Shown here one piece after another: positions 40,151-53,044 of a stretch of 64,000 nucleotides of DNA. The position numbers were made by a program, and so were the translations under genes. Origin of the DNA: Sarea resinae (taxonomy: Eukaryota); contig JAPEUD010000009.1 in NCBI GenBank assembly GCA_026026165.1, positions 62,001-126,000 of the forward strand, given 5' to 3'. Position 1 is the stretch's first letter, and every line of letters starts with the position of its first letter. Under the pieces are notes generated by a model. That model did not search any database. It saw nothing but the letters and a program-made list of their open reading frames with translations, and was not told where the DNA came from.

Positions 40151-42658
40151 ATGCAAGGTGTCCGGTCCTTCCTTTTGGGCCAACAACGCTCCATCTTGAC
40201 GGTATTCAAATCCCCTCGAGCTGCCTTTGCCCCGCATCCCACCATTAGACAATTCTCCTCTACTGTCGTTTTCTACTCCTCTCGCGACATGGAGACCGTC
40301 GACACGTCCAGTCGTCTCGCGCGCCTGCGAGAGCTCATGAAAGAGAACAACGTCGATGTCTATGGTATGGCCCAATCTCCAACCACTTCCTGATGCACGG
40401 CTAATGGATATCTTGCAGTTGTCCCCTCGGAAGATAGCCACCAGTCTGAGTATATCGCACCTTGCGATGCGCGCCGAGGTCCGCTCTCCTACCTTTCTCC
40501 AGTGCGAATGGCTCGAGGCTGACAGCACATGCAGAATTCATATCTGGGTTCACTGGCTCGGCTGGATGCGCAGTTGTCACGCTCGAGAAGGCATCGTTAG
40601 CTACGGATGGGCGCTACTTCAACCAGGCGGAGAAACAGCTCGACAGCAACTGGGAGCTGTTGAAGCAAGGCCTTCAGGATGTCCCAACATGGCAACAATG
40701 GTATGCCCCACTTGACCTCCAGTCTGTCTGGAGCCACGCCTAAACAAGACACAGGACGGCCGAGCAATCGTCGGGCGGGAAGACTGTAGGCGTGGATCCG
40801 ACGGTCATCACTGCTCGTGAGCAACCAGGCATGATATGCTCTTGGATGATTCAGAGGACTGACACACGACAGCGGACGCTCGAAAGCTCACGGAGAAGAT
40901 CAAGAAGAAGGGTGGCAAGGCCCTTGTGGGGGTGAAAGATAACCTAGTAGACCTGGTATGGGGCAAAGACCGACCGGCGCGGCCGAACGAACCCGTCCAG
41001 GCGCTCGGGGAAGAGTTTTCTGGGAAGAACTTCGAGGAGAAACTGGAAGACCTTCGGAAAGAGCTGGACAAGAAGAAAAGTCCTGGCTTTATCGTCTGTA
41101 TGTTCTCCAGCAACTGGACCACCCCTGACAAGACATTCCGCTGACATTGGACAAACAGCAATGCTGGATGAAGTGGCCTGGCTTTACAATTTACGCGGCA
41201 ACGAGTATGTCCACACCCATGGTTCTGATAAGACCTTCAAAGGATACTAATCCACGGCAGCATTCCCTACAACCCCGTCTTCTTCTCCTACGCCCTCGTT
41301 ACCCCCACCAGCGCAACGCTCTACGTCGATTCCGGCAAGCTAGGCGCAAAGGTGAAGTCTCACCTTGGCGAAGCAGTCGCTATCCGGCCCTACAATACCA
41401 TCTTCGAAGAAGCGAAAGCGCTGAGCGAATATGTTTCTGTCGATACCCCTAGCGACGAAGAAGAAGGCAACAGCTCTGCCGAAAGCTCGAAGAAGAAGTT
41501 CTTGATTTCAACCAAGACATCCTGGGCACTGACGCAGAACCTCGGGGGCGAGGACAAGGTCGAAGAAGTCCGAAGTCCCATCTCAGATGCCAAAGCCATC
41601 AAGAACGAGACGGAGCTGGAAGGGATGAGAGAGTGCCACATCCGTGATGGCGCGGCGCTGATAGAGTATTTCGCGTGGCTCGAAGATGAGCTGGTGAACA
41701 AGGGAACCACGCTCGACGAGGTCGAAGGCGCCGATAAGCTCGAGCAATTTAGGTCAAAGCACAAGCACTTCGTTGGCCTCTCCTTCGACACCATCTCCTC
41801 CACAGGCGCAAATGCAGCTGTGATCCACTACAGCCCCGAACGAGGCAACTGCGCCACCATCGACCCCAAGGCGGTATATCTCTGCGACTCGGGTGCACAA
41901 TACCTAGATGGTACAACCGACACCACGCGAACGCTGCACTTCGGAGAGCCTTCTGAGCTGGAGAAGAAGGCGTACACCTTGGTGCTGAAGGGTAACATTG
42001 CGCTTGATAGAGCCGTATTTCCCAAGGGCACGACGGGATACGCTCTGGATATGCTCGCGAGGCAGTTTCTTTGGGAAGAGGGTCTGGATTATAGACACGG
42101 CACTGGCCATGGGGTCGGTTCGTACCTGGTAAGTACATGCATGCAGGGAAGCACGCAAAGCTAGAGGAGATCTCTATACTAATAGATCCCAAGAACGTCC
42201 ACGAAGGACCCATCGGCATTGGCACGCGTATCCAATACGCCGAGGTCGCTCTATCACCCGGAAACGTCATCTCAGATGGTAAGTCAGCACTCATCCATGC
42301 TCATCTCTTTCTCTCTTAACCTTCTCTCAACCATACCAACGTTAATCATCCTAACTTACCTTCCAAAACAGAGCCCGGGTACTACGAAGACGGCAAATTC
42401 GGGGTCCGGATCGAAAACGTCATCATGGCGCGCGAAGCCAGCACGACTCACCAGTTTGGCGATAAGCCGTATCTGGGCTTTGAGACGGTAACTATGGTGC
42501 CGATGTGCCGCAATCTGATCGACGAGTCGCTCCTCACGCCTGTCGAGAAGAAGTGGCTGAATGACTATCATGCCAAGGTGTATGAAAAGACGAAGGGCTT
42601 CTTCGAGGAGGGTTCAATTGCGCTGAAGTGGTTGCAAAGGGAGACGCAAGCATTTTAA
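40151..42658 (+). CDS. ampp: Xaa-Pro aminopeptidase P (M24B family), multi-exon
   Basis: [77 protein letters not shown] and [16 protein letters not shown]. Confidence 0.95.
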
Positions 42659-43141
42659 TGATTATGAGATTCGAAGGGAGAAAGGGGAAAGGGGAGAGGA
42701 GCTTGGCATATCGTTGGGTTTGGTGTACGATCGAATGCGCATTGGCGCGTATCCTATATGTGTGCGCTCTCTGGCTGGTTTTGGCTGTGCCAGCTCTTCG
42801 TCGCTGTTTAAATCTAAGTAGCTCAATCGAGGCATCCCCGAACAAGTGAAGTAGGACCAACGATGTCTGTGGTGTCTGGTAGACGGTCAGGCCGGTGGGC
42901 AGTACACGAATGTCGACAAGGGGCCGGATAAGGAGTGTTTATCTCCGGGCGGCAAATGCCGAGGCCCTGTCTGCAAGAAGCTCGGGCGTGCCTTGCGTTG
43001 CGGTGCGGTACTCCTTAGGGCTGGGTTGTGATGCCATCAGTGGATGGCATTGATGCAACATTTACCCTGAACCGCTTCATCATCTCCATGGCTTACGTTT
43101 TGATGCGATTCATTTCTCCGTAGAGACTGCCTTCAGCCGCC

Positions 43142-46100
43142 ATGTCTCGGAATCCGCCACCTTCGTTGCGCCCTGGCGCCAATGGCGGAGATGGACATGC
43201 GAATGGCCTTCATGACGACGATGCGGCACGACGCTATGATGGAGCTTACACGGCAGGCCCAGGAGCTCCTCGCGCATCCAGCCGCGAGCGCAGGCCTGGG
43301 GGATATGGCGGGTTCCAGGATGGACCAACTCATCAGCCTGACTATCAACAGTCGCAATTGCAGCAACCTCCAAGGGCAATCGAGCCCGGGTCTCCCAGTG
43401 CGAATAGAAGGATGTGGGGAGGCCCGGAAGAGGGACGTTGGAAGAATAAGAGCCGCAGCAGAGAACGGACTGGAGCGAATGGTACAGCAGGATACGGAGA
43501 GGGTCAGGGGAGCAGACAAATCGAAGGTTAGCAATTTGAAGAGAGCTAGATCACCGCATGCCTGATGATGCCGCCCATTCACTCGCTGCATACTTTTCGC
43601 GCACATGCAGGCGGCCATTTATGTCGCATGAGGCTCAGAACTTCTTATGCGCTCCCATCTATTACCTTCTTTGCGTTTGGCCTCTAAGGATCAAAATGGC
43701 TGACGATCTTGACTTTCAAGACATCTTGCAACGCATTCAACGCGAATGGAACTTCATGACAGAGGACAATTGTGTGCCTGTTCAAGTAGCACTGCAGCTG
43801 ATGGACTCGAGCTCTCTCGGACGTGCATACCAGTATGAGCAGTTTCAAGAGACTCATAGGCAGCTGCAGAAGGCGTTGAAGGCGATCGTCAATGGTATGA
43901 AATCCTGGTGGTTCAACCAATTGCAGGTATTGACGGGATCTCAGAACATCATCAGGGCTTCAATAGCTCCATAGGAACGTTCCATAAAATCCAGTCGAGC
44001 ATTCAAACATCCCAGGGCAGGGTCCGGACCCTTAAAGAGTCATTAATTCGAGCCAAGTCCGATCTCGCGAGCACAAAGCCGGAGCTCAAGGGACTGGCAA
44101 CTTCGTCGCAAAGTTACGATGTGATGCTCCAGGCTTTGGGCAATATGTAAAATAGCACATAACTCCGCTAGTGTCCGCAAGCTGATGTTTCGCAGTGAGC
44201 AGTTGCAACTCATCCCCGAGAAGCTCGAGGCACGTATCTCGGAGAAGCGTTTCCTGACGGCAGTGGATGTGCTCCAGGACGCTCTTCGAATGATCCGAAA
44301 GTCGGAAATGGAAAGCATCGGTGCTCTTAGCGATTTGAGGGTTTACCTCAGTAATCAAGAGACAGTAGGTCCAGCGGCTTGCCCCCCATATTGAAGTGCT
44401 GACATTGTTGCAGTCACTCGTTGATATTCTTGTTGAAGAGCTTCATAGCCACTTATACCTCAAATCGCCCTATTGCCAAGATCGATGGAAAGCTTATGGC
44501 GAAGAGCAAGCGAAAGAGTCAATGGGTAGGTCGCATGCTGCTAAGACAGAAAGGTATCTCATGAATAATATTTCTAGGTGGCAATGTCCGGCCAGTGCAT
44601 GTATTTCTAGACAGTCTTTCTACCTCTGCTCCGGTCAGTACCCTTCTTAGCCTAGACCTTTATATCTGCTGACGTACAAAAGATGGTGGAGGATGCATCA
44701 CGGAATCCAGAAGCGGACAGCTTCTACTATATCCAAATGATCATCGAGTCTCTGAACAAGATGGGACGCCTTGATTTCGCAGTCGATAAGATCGAGCAGA
44801 GACTGCCTGTAGAGCTCTTTAAGGTGGTAGAAAAGACTAATAATGACGTCGACCAACGACATCCGAGTGCTCTGAGGAAATCTAGGCGCAGGAATCAAGA
44901 CGGGCTCGATCTGGGAGCCGTTGAGAACGATATTCGATCCGCTATTATCTATGATTTTCTCTGGACTCTGTACTCGAAGTTTGAGGCAATCGCTGAGGGT
45001 CATCGCGTTGTCCACGATGTCGTGACCGGAATCGTCAAACGCGAGGGATTACGAAACTCGTCTTCCTTAACAGGAGGTTTCAAAGAACTTTGGAAGCTGT
45101 ATCAGAGTGAAGTGCGTTGGACCTTCAGTTGGAAATAGGCACTTGCTAACTGTCTTCAGATACGATCCATACTCCATGATTACCTCGCTACTGATGGCGA
45201 AGTCTCTCATCGATCGGCCCAAGGGGGGGGCAATTATCATCGAAATCAGCGCGACAGGAACAAGGTAGGAACTTTTGCCATCATACTATAAACTAAAAGC
45301 TGACAAGGCGCAGAGAATGTTTAAGTTATCTGACATGAGCAACAAATCTCCTGATTTGACCATGGAGCAGGATGACCTTGAATTCATCTTGAAAGAATCC
45401 GTGCCCGGTCTTGTTTCTGATTCAAGAAGACCGGCAGGGGTCCTAACGAGCGACAATTTGGCTCATCCCGACGGCTCTGCTACAGGGCATAAGCTGTTGA
45501 TAGAGCCAAGTGTCTTCAATATGGGTCTACTCTTACCACCATCCCTAGGCTTTCTCCAGCGGCTCAAGAGCATAGTTCCTTCGGGCGCCGACATCGTGAC
45601 GAGTACATTGACATCTTTCTTGGACGACTTTCTGGTCAATGTTTTCCATCCCCAGCTTGATGAGACTCTTATGGACCTTTGTGCACAAACGTTCATTGAG
45701 CTTGATGCATTTCAGCAAGATCAGCAATGGTTCAATCACGCTCAGAGACCCATTTTCAAGGTATGAGAGATTCGCGATGTAGCCATGCCACATTACTGAT
45801 GTCGAACTAGGGTACCTTGGCTTTCTTCAACCTCATCACTGTTTTCTGCAAGATGCTGGATACTATACCACATGATCAATCTTTCAGTCAGCTCATCATT
45901 GGCCAGATGGTAACATACTATGACAAGTGCTGTGGGTGGTATAAAAGTACGGACCGCCCCATTACCATTTTGGTTCCATGCTAACATGGATAGCCCTCGT
46001 AACGAGAGCTCAAGCACAGGCACAAGGTGGTATTCGGCCCAAGGCCTCTGCGTCTCTGGCAGAACCTGGGGAAATGCACGATATTCTCATGGAACTCTGG

Positions 46101-47411
46101 AATGAGAAAGACGGAGACAATCCAGATCTCATACAAAAGGTATACTCAGCGCCGCCCCGACAAAAACGGACTTCTAGATACTGATAATGTCCAGGAAATT
46201 GATCTCCTTATCTCAACTACAAACGCAAAACCCCTTGAACCACTCGACATGATCTTCGACCGAAAAGCTTACGCCTCAATGTGTCTACTATACACCAGCA
46301 TGGTATGTCTACGATCATCAGCCCCTTCTAGTATTGCAGACTAAAGAAAGCCCTTCTACAGAGATGGCTAGCCAAAAAGATCAGCCGACTGCGCAGCATA
46401 TCCGACCACTCCCCAGAGACCTCGTCTCACGAGTCTGGTGCTGGAGGCAAACCCAGATCCGCGCGTCGCTGGACGCTGGTCAATCCAGCCATTCCGCGTA
46501 ACGAAAGCTCACCCATCTACCTCCCCATGACGCCCGAAAGCGTCGTCGCCTTCGACGGCGTCGTCACATCCTACGAAGACCTGGCCACCACCGTCCTCCT
46601 GACACTTCACCTCGAAGTCCGCGTCCACATCATTTATTATATCTCGCAGTCCCTTTCCACCAACTATCTGTTTGAGCAAGCCGTCAACGAAGCCGATCCT
46701 GCAGTTTTGTCGTTGAATGCGGATCTGGTTGCTTTTGATGAGGATATCGCGACACACATCAGGGACGAGGAGCACGAGTAAGTTGCCATTCGATTATCGC
46801 CATCCATCCATATATCCACCCATTCGTTGCACAACCCTCTCTGCATTTCTCACTCCGTCCCACCCACACACACACTCAACTCCGCTCCATCCACCCAAAC
46901 TGACCTGCCCTGACCAATCAACAGATTCATACTCACGCCAGCCTCCCTCTCCCCTTTGATAACAACGACGCTGATCTCGACGGCGACGCGGATCCCGGCC
47001 ATGAACGCGCACGGCCTCACGCGCATGTCGCTGAACATCCTCGTGCTACAGCAGAACCTCAAGAACCTCACACACTCAGCAACAACTTCTCTAGCGCGCG
47101 CCGAGCACTACTACAACCTCTTCAGCGCCGGGCCGGACGCGATGGTCGAGCGGGCGAAACGAATGGTCCGGCGGAGGGAGAAGGGGAAACGGAAAGAAGT
47201 CGGCTCGGGAGCGGCAGCCGGGCCAAAAAAAGGAACAGGAGCAGGAGCAGGAGAAGAAGAGGAGGAATACACGTACGAGCAGCTGAAAGTCCTGGTCGAG
47301 TTATTCTATTCTGAGGCGCTGCGATCGGGCCGCAGAGAGGTGGTCATGGCGGCGAAGCGGGGTGTTAATGATCACTTGTTGCAGTTGAGCGAGTTCTTGT
47401 GGCAGACTTGA
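43142..47411 (+). CDS. SEC8: Exocyst complex subunit Sec8, multi-exon
   Basis: CVPVQVALQLMDSSSLGRA, HHQGFNSSIGTF, EELHSHLYLKSPY, NPEADSFYYI, GHKLLIEPSVFN and NILVLQQNLKN, spread over GT-AG separated exons. Confidence 0.95.
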
Positions 47412-47419
47412 TTTTTTTC

Positions 47420-49100
47420 TTCTCTGACTCGGCTGGATTGAATGCAAGACGATTACCTGCTCTGCATGTTTCGTTCTCTCCTCCTCTCCTTCTCTCCTTC
47501 TCTCGTCCCCCTTCTCTCTCTCTCTCTCTCGCCCCACGGCTTTCTGCTCTCATCCCTCGCCTTTTCTTTCCCCGGGCCCGAGGGACGAAAAGCGGACGGG
47601 CGGCGCCGAATATCAACCATAGACGGCAAAAATATGTACAATAACCCCAACCTCAACCTCGTTATCCTAGACTGACCCAACCTAGACTAGCCTAGACGTT
47701 CTTATTCTCTCCCTCTCTCTCGTTCTCTGTTTCCTGCCTGTTCTGTTCTGTTCTGTCATTTACCCTATACGTTCAATCTATGTTCTATATTGTGCATTCT
47801 CAAGTCCTACATTCCCCCCATCCCTAGGGAACCAGAGCAGGAAACCAGAGTACGAGACGACGAAGCCCACCCGCACCCGCACCCGCATCCACACCCACAA
47901 CCACATCAGGATCAGGATCAGGATCAGGGGGCCAAAGAACCAAGTCGAAGGGCCTGCCAGGCGGATGGTGGGGGATAGGTGCGGGATGAGGGGATAGGAG
48001 AAAGAGAGAAGGGGAAGCGAGATAGAGAGCCGGGGAAGCGAGATAGAGAGCAGGGATAGGAGGGTAGAGAGAAGGTGAAGCGAGAAAGAGGAAAGGGAAG
48101 GGAAGGGAAGGGGAGGGGAGGGGAGGGGAGAAGGGGGCCGAGGGGATGGATGGGAGGGGTTGTTTTCACGTTTTCAGATGATGTTGGTATTGAGGTTGTG
48201 CATGTCGTGGCTTCGCGGTTGATGCTCTAGAGTCATGCTACAGAATTCAAGGAACTAATCACTCAATCAATTACGTCGTCGATTTTAGAGATGAATAACC
48301 CTCCCCCCGCCCCGCCCCGGCGTACACATTCAAGCGTGCTGCGGTAGGCGAGAGACTGACAGACTGACCGACAAACAGACTGACTGGCTTTTCCCTCCTC
48401 CTAGCTAGTGAATAACTACTACGATAATGAACTAATTATACCAAGAGTGATTGATAACAGTTTTCTTGATTATCATTACCAGTCACAGAGTGAGCCTCTA
48501 GAGTGAGTTATTACAGATATTACACTCGCCGATGTTGCTTGTTCTACCGTAGCACCACGCCCTACATGTGCTGTTCAGTCCCAGGCCGTGCTGAATCCGT
48601 ACCCGTGTCCGTATCCGTATCGTGTATCTCATACATCACCAAAAGAGAGAGAAAAAAAAGGGAAGAGCGAGGGCGAGAGCAACAGCAATAGCAGCAACAG
48701 CAACAGCCATAGCGATAGCGCCCATCCAGCAAAAGGAGTTCAAATAGCAGTATAAGCACAAGCGCACAAAAGCCCACACACTAGAAGCAGCAGCAGTAGC
48801 AGAAAGAGGGAGAGAAAAGAATAAGCACCAGCTGCGCACGCTAAAGGGCATTCGATGGGATGGGTATATGATACAAGAAGCATAAGCATTAACATGGCGG
48901 TACAGGGGGAAAACTGCCATGTGGAAAAGAAGAAAAACCAAAGCATTCTCATGACACCTTCTAGGACCCAAAGACCCGGTGGCGAGAATGGAATTGATGG
49001 ATATAGGATGAAGGAGCGGAGGAACAGCAGGTATGCATTGGATGGACGGGCTGGAAGAGTGTGTGATGATGATTGGGTGAGTTGGCGGATGAGAGGGCAA
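47420..49100. repeat. Microsatellite / low-complexity tract between convergent SEC8 and SLP1
   Basis: (TC)n, (TTCTG)n, (CACCCG)n, (ATCAGG)n, a duplicated 20-mer GGGGAAGCGAGATAGAGAGC near 48011-48051, (GGGAA)n/(GGGGA)n and (CAG/CAA)n. Confidence 0.8.
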
Positions 49101-49131
49101 AGCGGCAAGACAAGAGATGTCATCTACCGAC

Positions 49132-52100
49132 TCAGTCATCTTCCCTCGGCTCATCGTCTTCGCTGTCTTCGCCCTCGGAGGCGGACCCCGCAATCTCTGC
49201 GTCGCAGCCCCCCGTATGGTCATTGCCAAAATCATCATTGTTATTGTTGTAGCCGTCATCAAATTTGTCATCACGATCGTAGTCATTATCACCATCCTCT
49301 CGTTCTGAATCGATATCGACCCCTGATACTCTCCGAGGGCTGCTGCTTCTCACGCCACTACCGCCCCGCTCAGCCGACCCGCCATCCGCCCTCAGCAATC
49401 CAGAGACCAGATATTCGTTCTCGTCCCAGCTGAGCGGATTCGTCTTATGCCGACGCGTACCGCTCGGTGTGGCAGGACTACTTCGCGTCCTGCCCAAGGT
49501 GCTGAAACCGGGCGATTCCGGGCCACTGGTGTCACGCGAGTGCGCCGGACCAGGTGATCGGCTCTCAAAGGGTTCGGTATCGGAGGCATGGCCGTCGGAC
49601 GTAGGTGTTGGTGGCGAAAATTCGACTGCTGGGCTCATTGGTCGATCGGTAGAGGCATCAGAGTGGTAGGCGCGCTGACTATTGTTACTTCTACCAAAGA
49701 AACCCTTGGTTTTCGTGAATCGAGACGGCATTGTTGGCGAGCTCGGGCCCGCTGAGTCCGGGCTCCCCGGTGTGCTGTCTATGTTTAGACGCAAGGTGTT
49801 TTGAGGTTTGGAGACGACGGACTGGACGATGGGTAGGTCGAGGTAACTACCGGCGGCACCATTGGAGAATATGACGAGGGCGAGGCAGAGGAGGATCATG
49901 ATTGATTGCACGATAACCATTCGTTTTTGGAAGACGACCTCGTCAGCAAGGATGCTAAGGCGGGCGCTTACGGCCACGACTTCGCGCTGGGATTGCTCCC
50001 GCTGGTGCTCTAATTCAATGACAGTGGATTGCCAGATTTGGTCATATTGTTGTCTCTGGTACAAGAACGTCAGTCAAAGCAGATGGAAGGAATACGAGTC
50101 TTGGTAGAACATACGAATCCCCTCAATTCTGTCAATACAGTTGAGTTGAGATTTTCCAGGAACGTGGTAGTCTTTGCTAATTGCCTTTTCTCCACCTTCA
50201 TAAAGGCGTCGCGAAGATTCCGAGACTGCTCCTCGATGTACTGAAGAGATAATGTCGCATTCGCTTCGAGAAGCTGAAGCCGTTTATGAATCGTTTTGAA
50301 GAAGCTTTCTTGGGTGGTGGGATTCGCCGCCGCCGGCGACGTACTAGAGGAAGCAGCCCTAGTCGAATTCTGTACTGACTGATGAGAGGTCTTCTGGGAG
50401 ACCTTGCTCTGGGTGGGAATAGTGGTAGAATTAGATGAACTCTTAACAGTCGCCTTGCTGCGAGACGTCGATTCTGGAGGGATGGTGGTTGAGGCGGTGC
50501 TGTTTGTTGAAGATGCAGAAGCCGAGATAGGTGTAGTAGATGATATAGCGGGTCCAGCGTTTGTTTGGGAAGTATTCTGAGGCGTCGCTCCTTGATTTAT
50601 AGGTACACGGTGGCTGGCATCTGCTTCTGGAGACAAGGACGGAGGGCAGACAGGGTGAGTCTCGTTCGAAGAGAATAAGACATTCTGCAGTTGATCCGAG
50701 GCAGACCGGGCGTATGGTGTAATGTGATGTAGGTCTGGGTCATCCCTAGAGCTATCGGAAAGATTCCGTTTGGCTTCAAATTGGGCGTTTTCGGCATAAA
50801 TATTCTTGGTGGCCTCTTTCGCGATGCCGGCCTCATTCTTCTCTTTGGCTATCTTAGCTTCAGCCCGTTTTGCCTCGTCTATGGTCCGTTCAATCGCGAC
50901 CGCTTCAGGGATGAATTTCTCCTCTTCGGCTGCTGCTTCTTCGTCATCAACTTCATCTCCCCTACCCGTCCCTTCTTGACGTCGGACCTCTTCGATCATA
51001 GTTGTTCCGTGCACTCTCAAAAGACTGACGGGACAATAGTACTCATTTCCATAATGCGTGAGGAATTCAATCCTCAGATATCGCGCCCAGATCAAGGGGT
51101 TCTCAACCAAAAATGCTTGCACTTCGCGACTGTTCCTTGCCTCAAATATTCCTAGCTCCTTCCATTTGTCTAATTTGACCGGGTAGCGATCCGAGACACT
51201 GACTCGAAATGTTCGGAACATGGAACTGAAGAACTCAAAGTCTGCAAGGACTATGGTATCGATAAGGATCTCGGAGCACAGCTCCACGATAATAAACTTG
51301 TTACTGGCAGAACACTCATTCAGCATATAGCTATCTTTGTTCTCCACTAGAACAGATGTAGCGCCTTTGGACTGAGGATTTGTTTTGAGTATCGTGGCAG
51401 CACAGTCAAAAGAAGCATGGTTGAATCTTTCCTTGCAGGTTGTGCCAGCGTCTTTGTTCCATGGACGTGCACTCGGCGGAGCTTCCTCCTGAGCTTCTGC
51501 ATTCTGCTGTCCATCGTCTTCATGCGATTCCCACGCCTGAGATCCAGGGGAATGCTCAGTATCCGAGGGCCCGTTTGAACCACCAAACACTCCAAAATCC
51601 AACTCGATCTCCGAATCCTCGCCAAGTGAGTCCAGCGCATTATGGATATTTGCCGGCCTTCGTCTAGGCGCCCGGCCGCCGCCTTGCCCACTGTTCTCTA
51701 GAGCCTGCTCGGCCTTTGCCATATTTCGTTTCTTCCATTCTTCAAAGGAAAGAAAGTTTGCATTGTCAAGCGGCGATTCGCTGTCGGACTCTGGTTCCGC
51801 GGGAACGGTTTCCGACGAGGGGCTGGATGGGTCGAGAGCAGTCGGATGAGGACTAGCACTTTGTGGTATCGTTTCTTGCGGTGCATCTATCGCGGAAGTG
51901 GTCGTCACAGACGGGGATCCGGCATTCTGAGTCTCGCCAGCCGTGCGTTCGGTGGTGCCCTCCCTTGCCTGTTCTACTTGAGTCGATGAAGATCCGGAGG
52001 TCTCCTCCGCAATGATTGTTATATTAGAAGATGGCTCCGCATTCGTTGTAGTGGTCGGCGTCTGTTCGGCCTTCCAATTCGATCTCAGGCATTGCTGAGG

Positions 52101-52286
52101 GAGACTGTGTGTGATGTAGTTGATGGTGCCTGGAGGACAGGTTGGAGGTGTCGAGTAAGTTGAGGTAGTGGCGGTGACACCCGATAAGCTCGATGTTACG
52201 TCTGCATCGGCGCGCAACGGCACGAGAAGAGCAAGCAGGCAGATGTGGGCCGCATTTCGGAAGACAGATCGACGGCCTCTTGGCAT
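49132..52286 (-). CDS. SLP1: Mid-SUN (Sad1/UNC-like) ER membrane protein, Slp1/SUCO family, 2 exons
   Basis: Signal peptide, FLSFEEWKK, KERFNHASFDCAA, NKDSYMLNEC, EFFSSMF, YCPVSLLRVHG, TTQESFFKTIHKRLQLLEAN and a C-terminal TM helix. Intron 50114-50056. Confidence 0.92.
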
Positions 52287-53044
52287 GGCTCATGCATCCT
52301 TGGGGTTCGTGTGTTCTTGAAAAGAAGACGGCGCCGCTTATCTCAAGTGAAAGAAGAATGGCGATGATGCTCACGTTTGCCGTGTAATTGACTCTTGGAC
52401 GGGTGTGTACGTTGCGTAAGTGGTCTTCAGGAGCTGGGCAATGGTCCAAAGATGGTGATCACTCCCAGTCGCGGCAAAGAGAAGAGGAGAGGAGAGGACA
52501 GGGGATGAGTGCAGTGGGCGTGTGATGGTGATTCCTGATGATTGCCATTAGATACATATCACCGGATTTCGACATACTACGAAGTAATATTTCTCGAGCT
52601 CGAGCGTGACGATCATCGGCAAATGCCGAGGTCTCTGCTGTGCACCCCGTTGAAATTCCCGGCCATATACTCCGAGTAGCTGCCGACCGGCAGTGTCGTT
52701 GCACTCCGGAGTACTGCGAATAGCTGAGGGTCGAGCGATTGAGCGTGTGATGATCCTCGCCGATCTACTGGATGAGAGGGGAGCGATGGGAAGATATCTC
52801 GTCTTGATCGGGGCACAGAGAGGCCAGAATCGGGGTGAGATGCTGATTGCCTGATTCGGCATAGTCACGTGATCGGGCTTGGACACTCGTTCGATCTGGA
52901 TATGTAGTCTTATGCATCTGGCGAGTTCATGCAATTGCTTCAACAATAATGCCTCCAGCTTGGCCTACTGCGCAGTAGAGGTCCTGCCCACGCTGCTCGC
53001 TCGCTTCGCGGCGATTGAGCTCAAGCTCCGCGCTCTCTCGTGCG

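Noticed and set aside
43528..43720. Possible C/D snoRNA in the long first SEC8 intron
   Set aside because: TGATGA is present, but the candidate D box coincides with the intron branch site and I could not recognise a terminal stem or rRNA guide.
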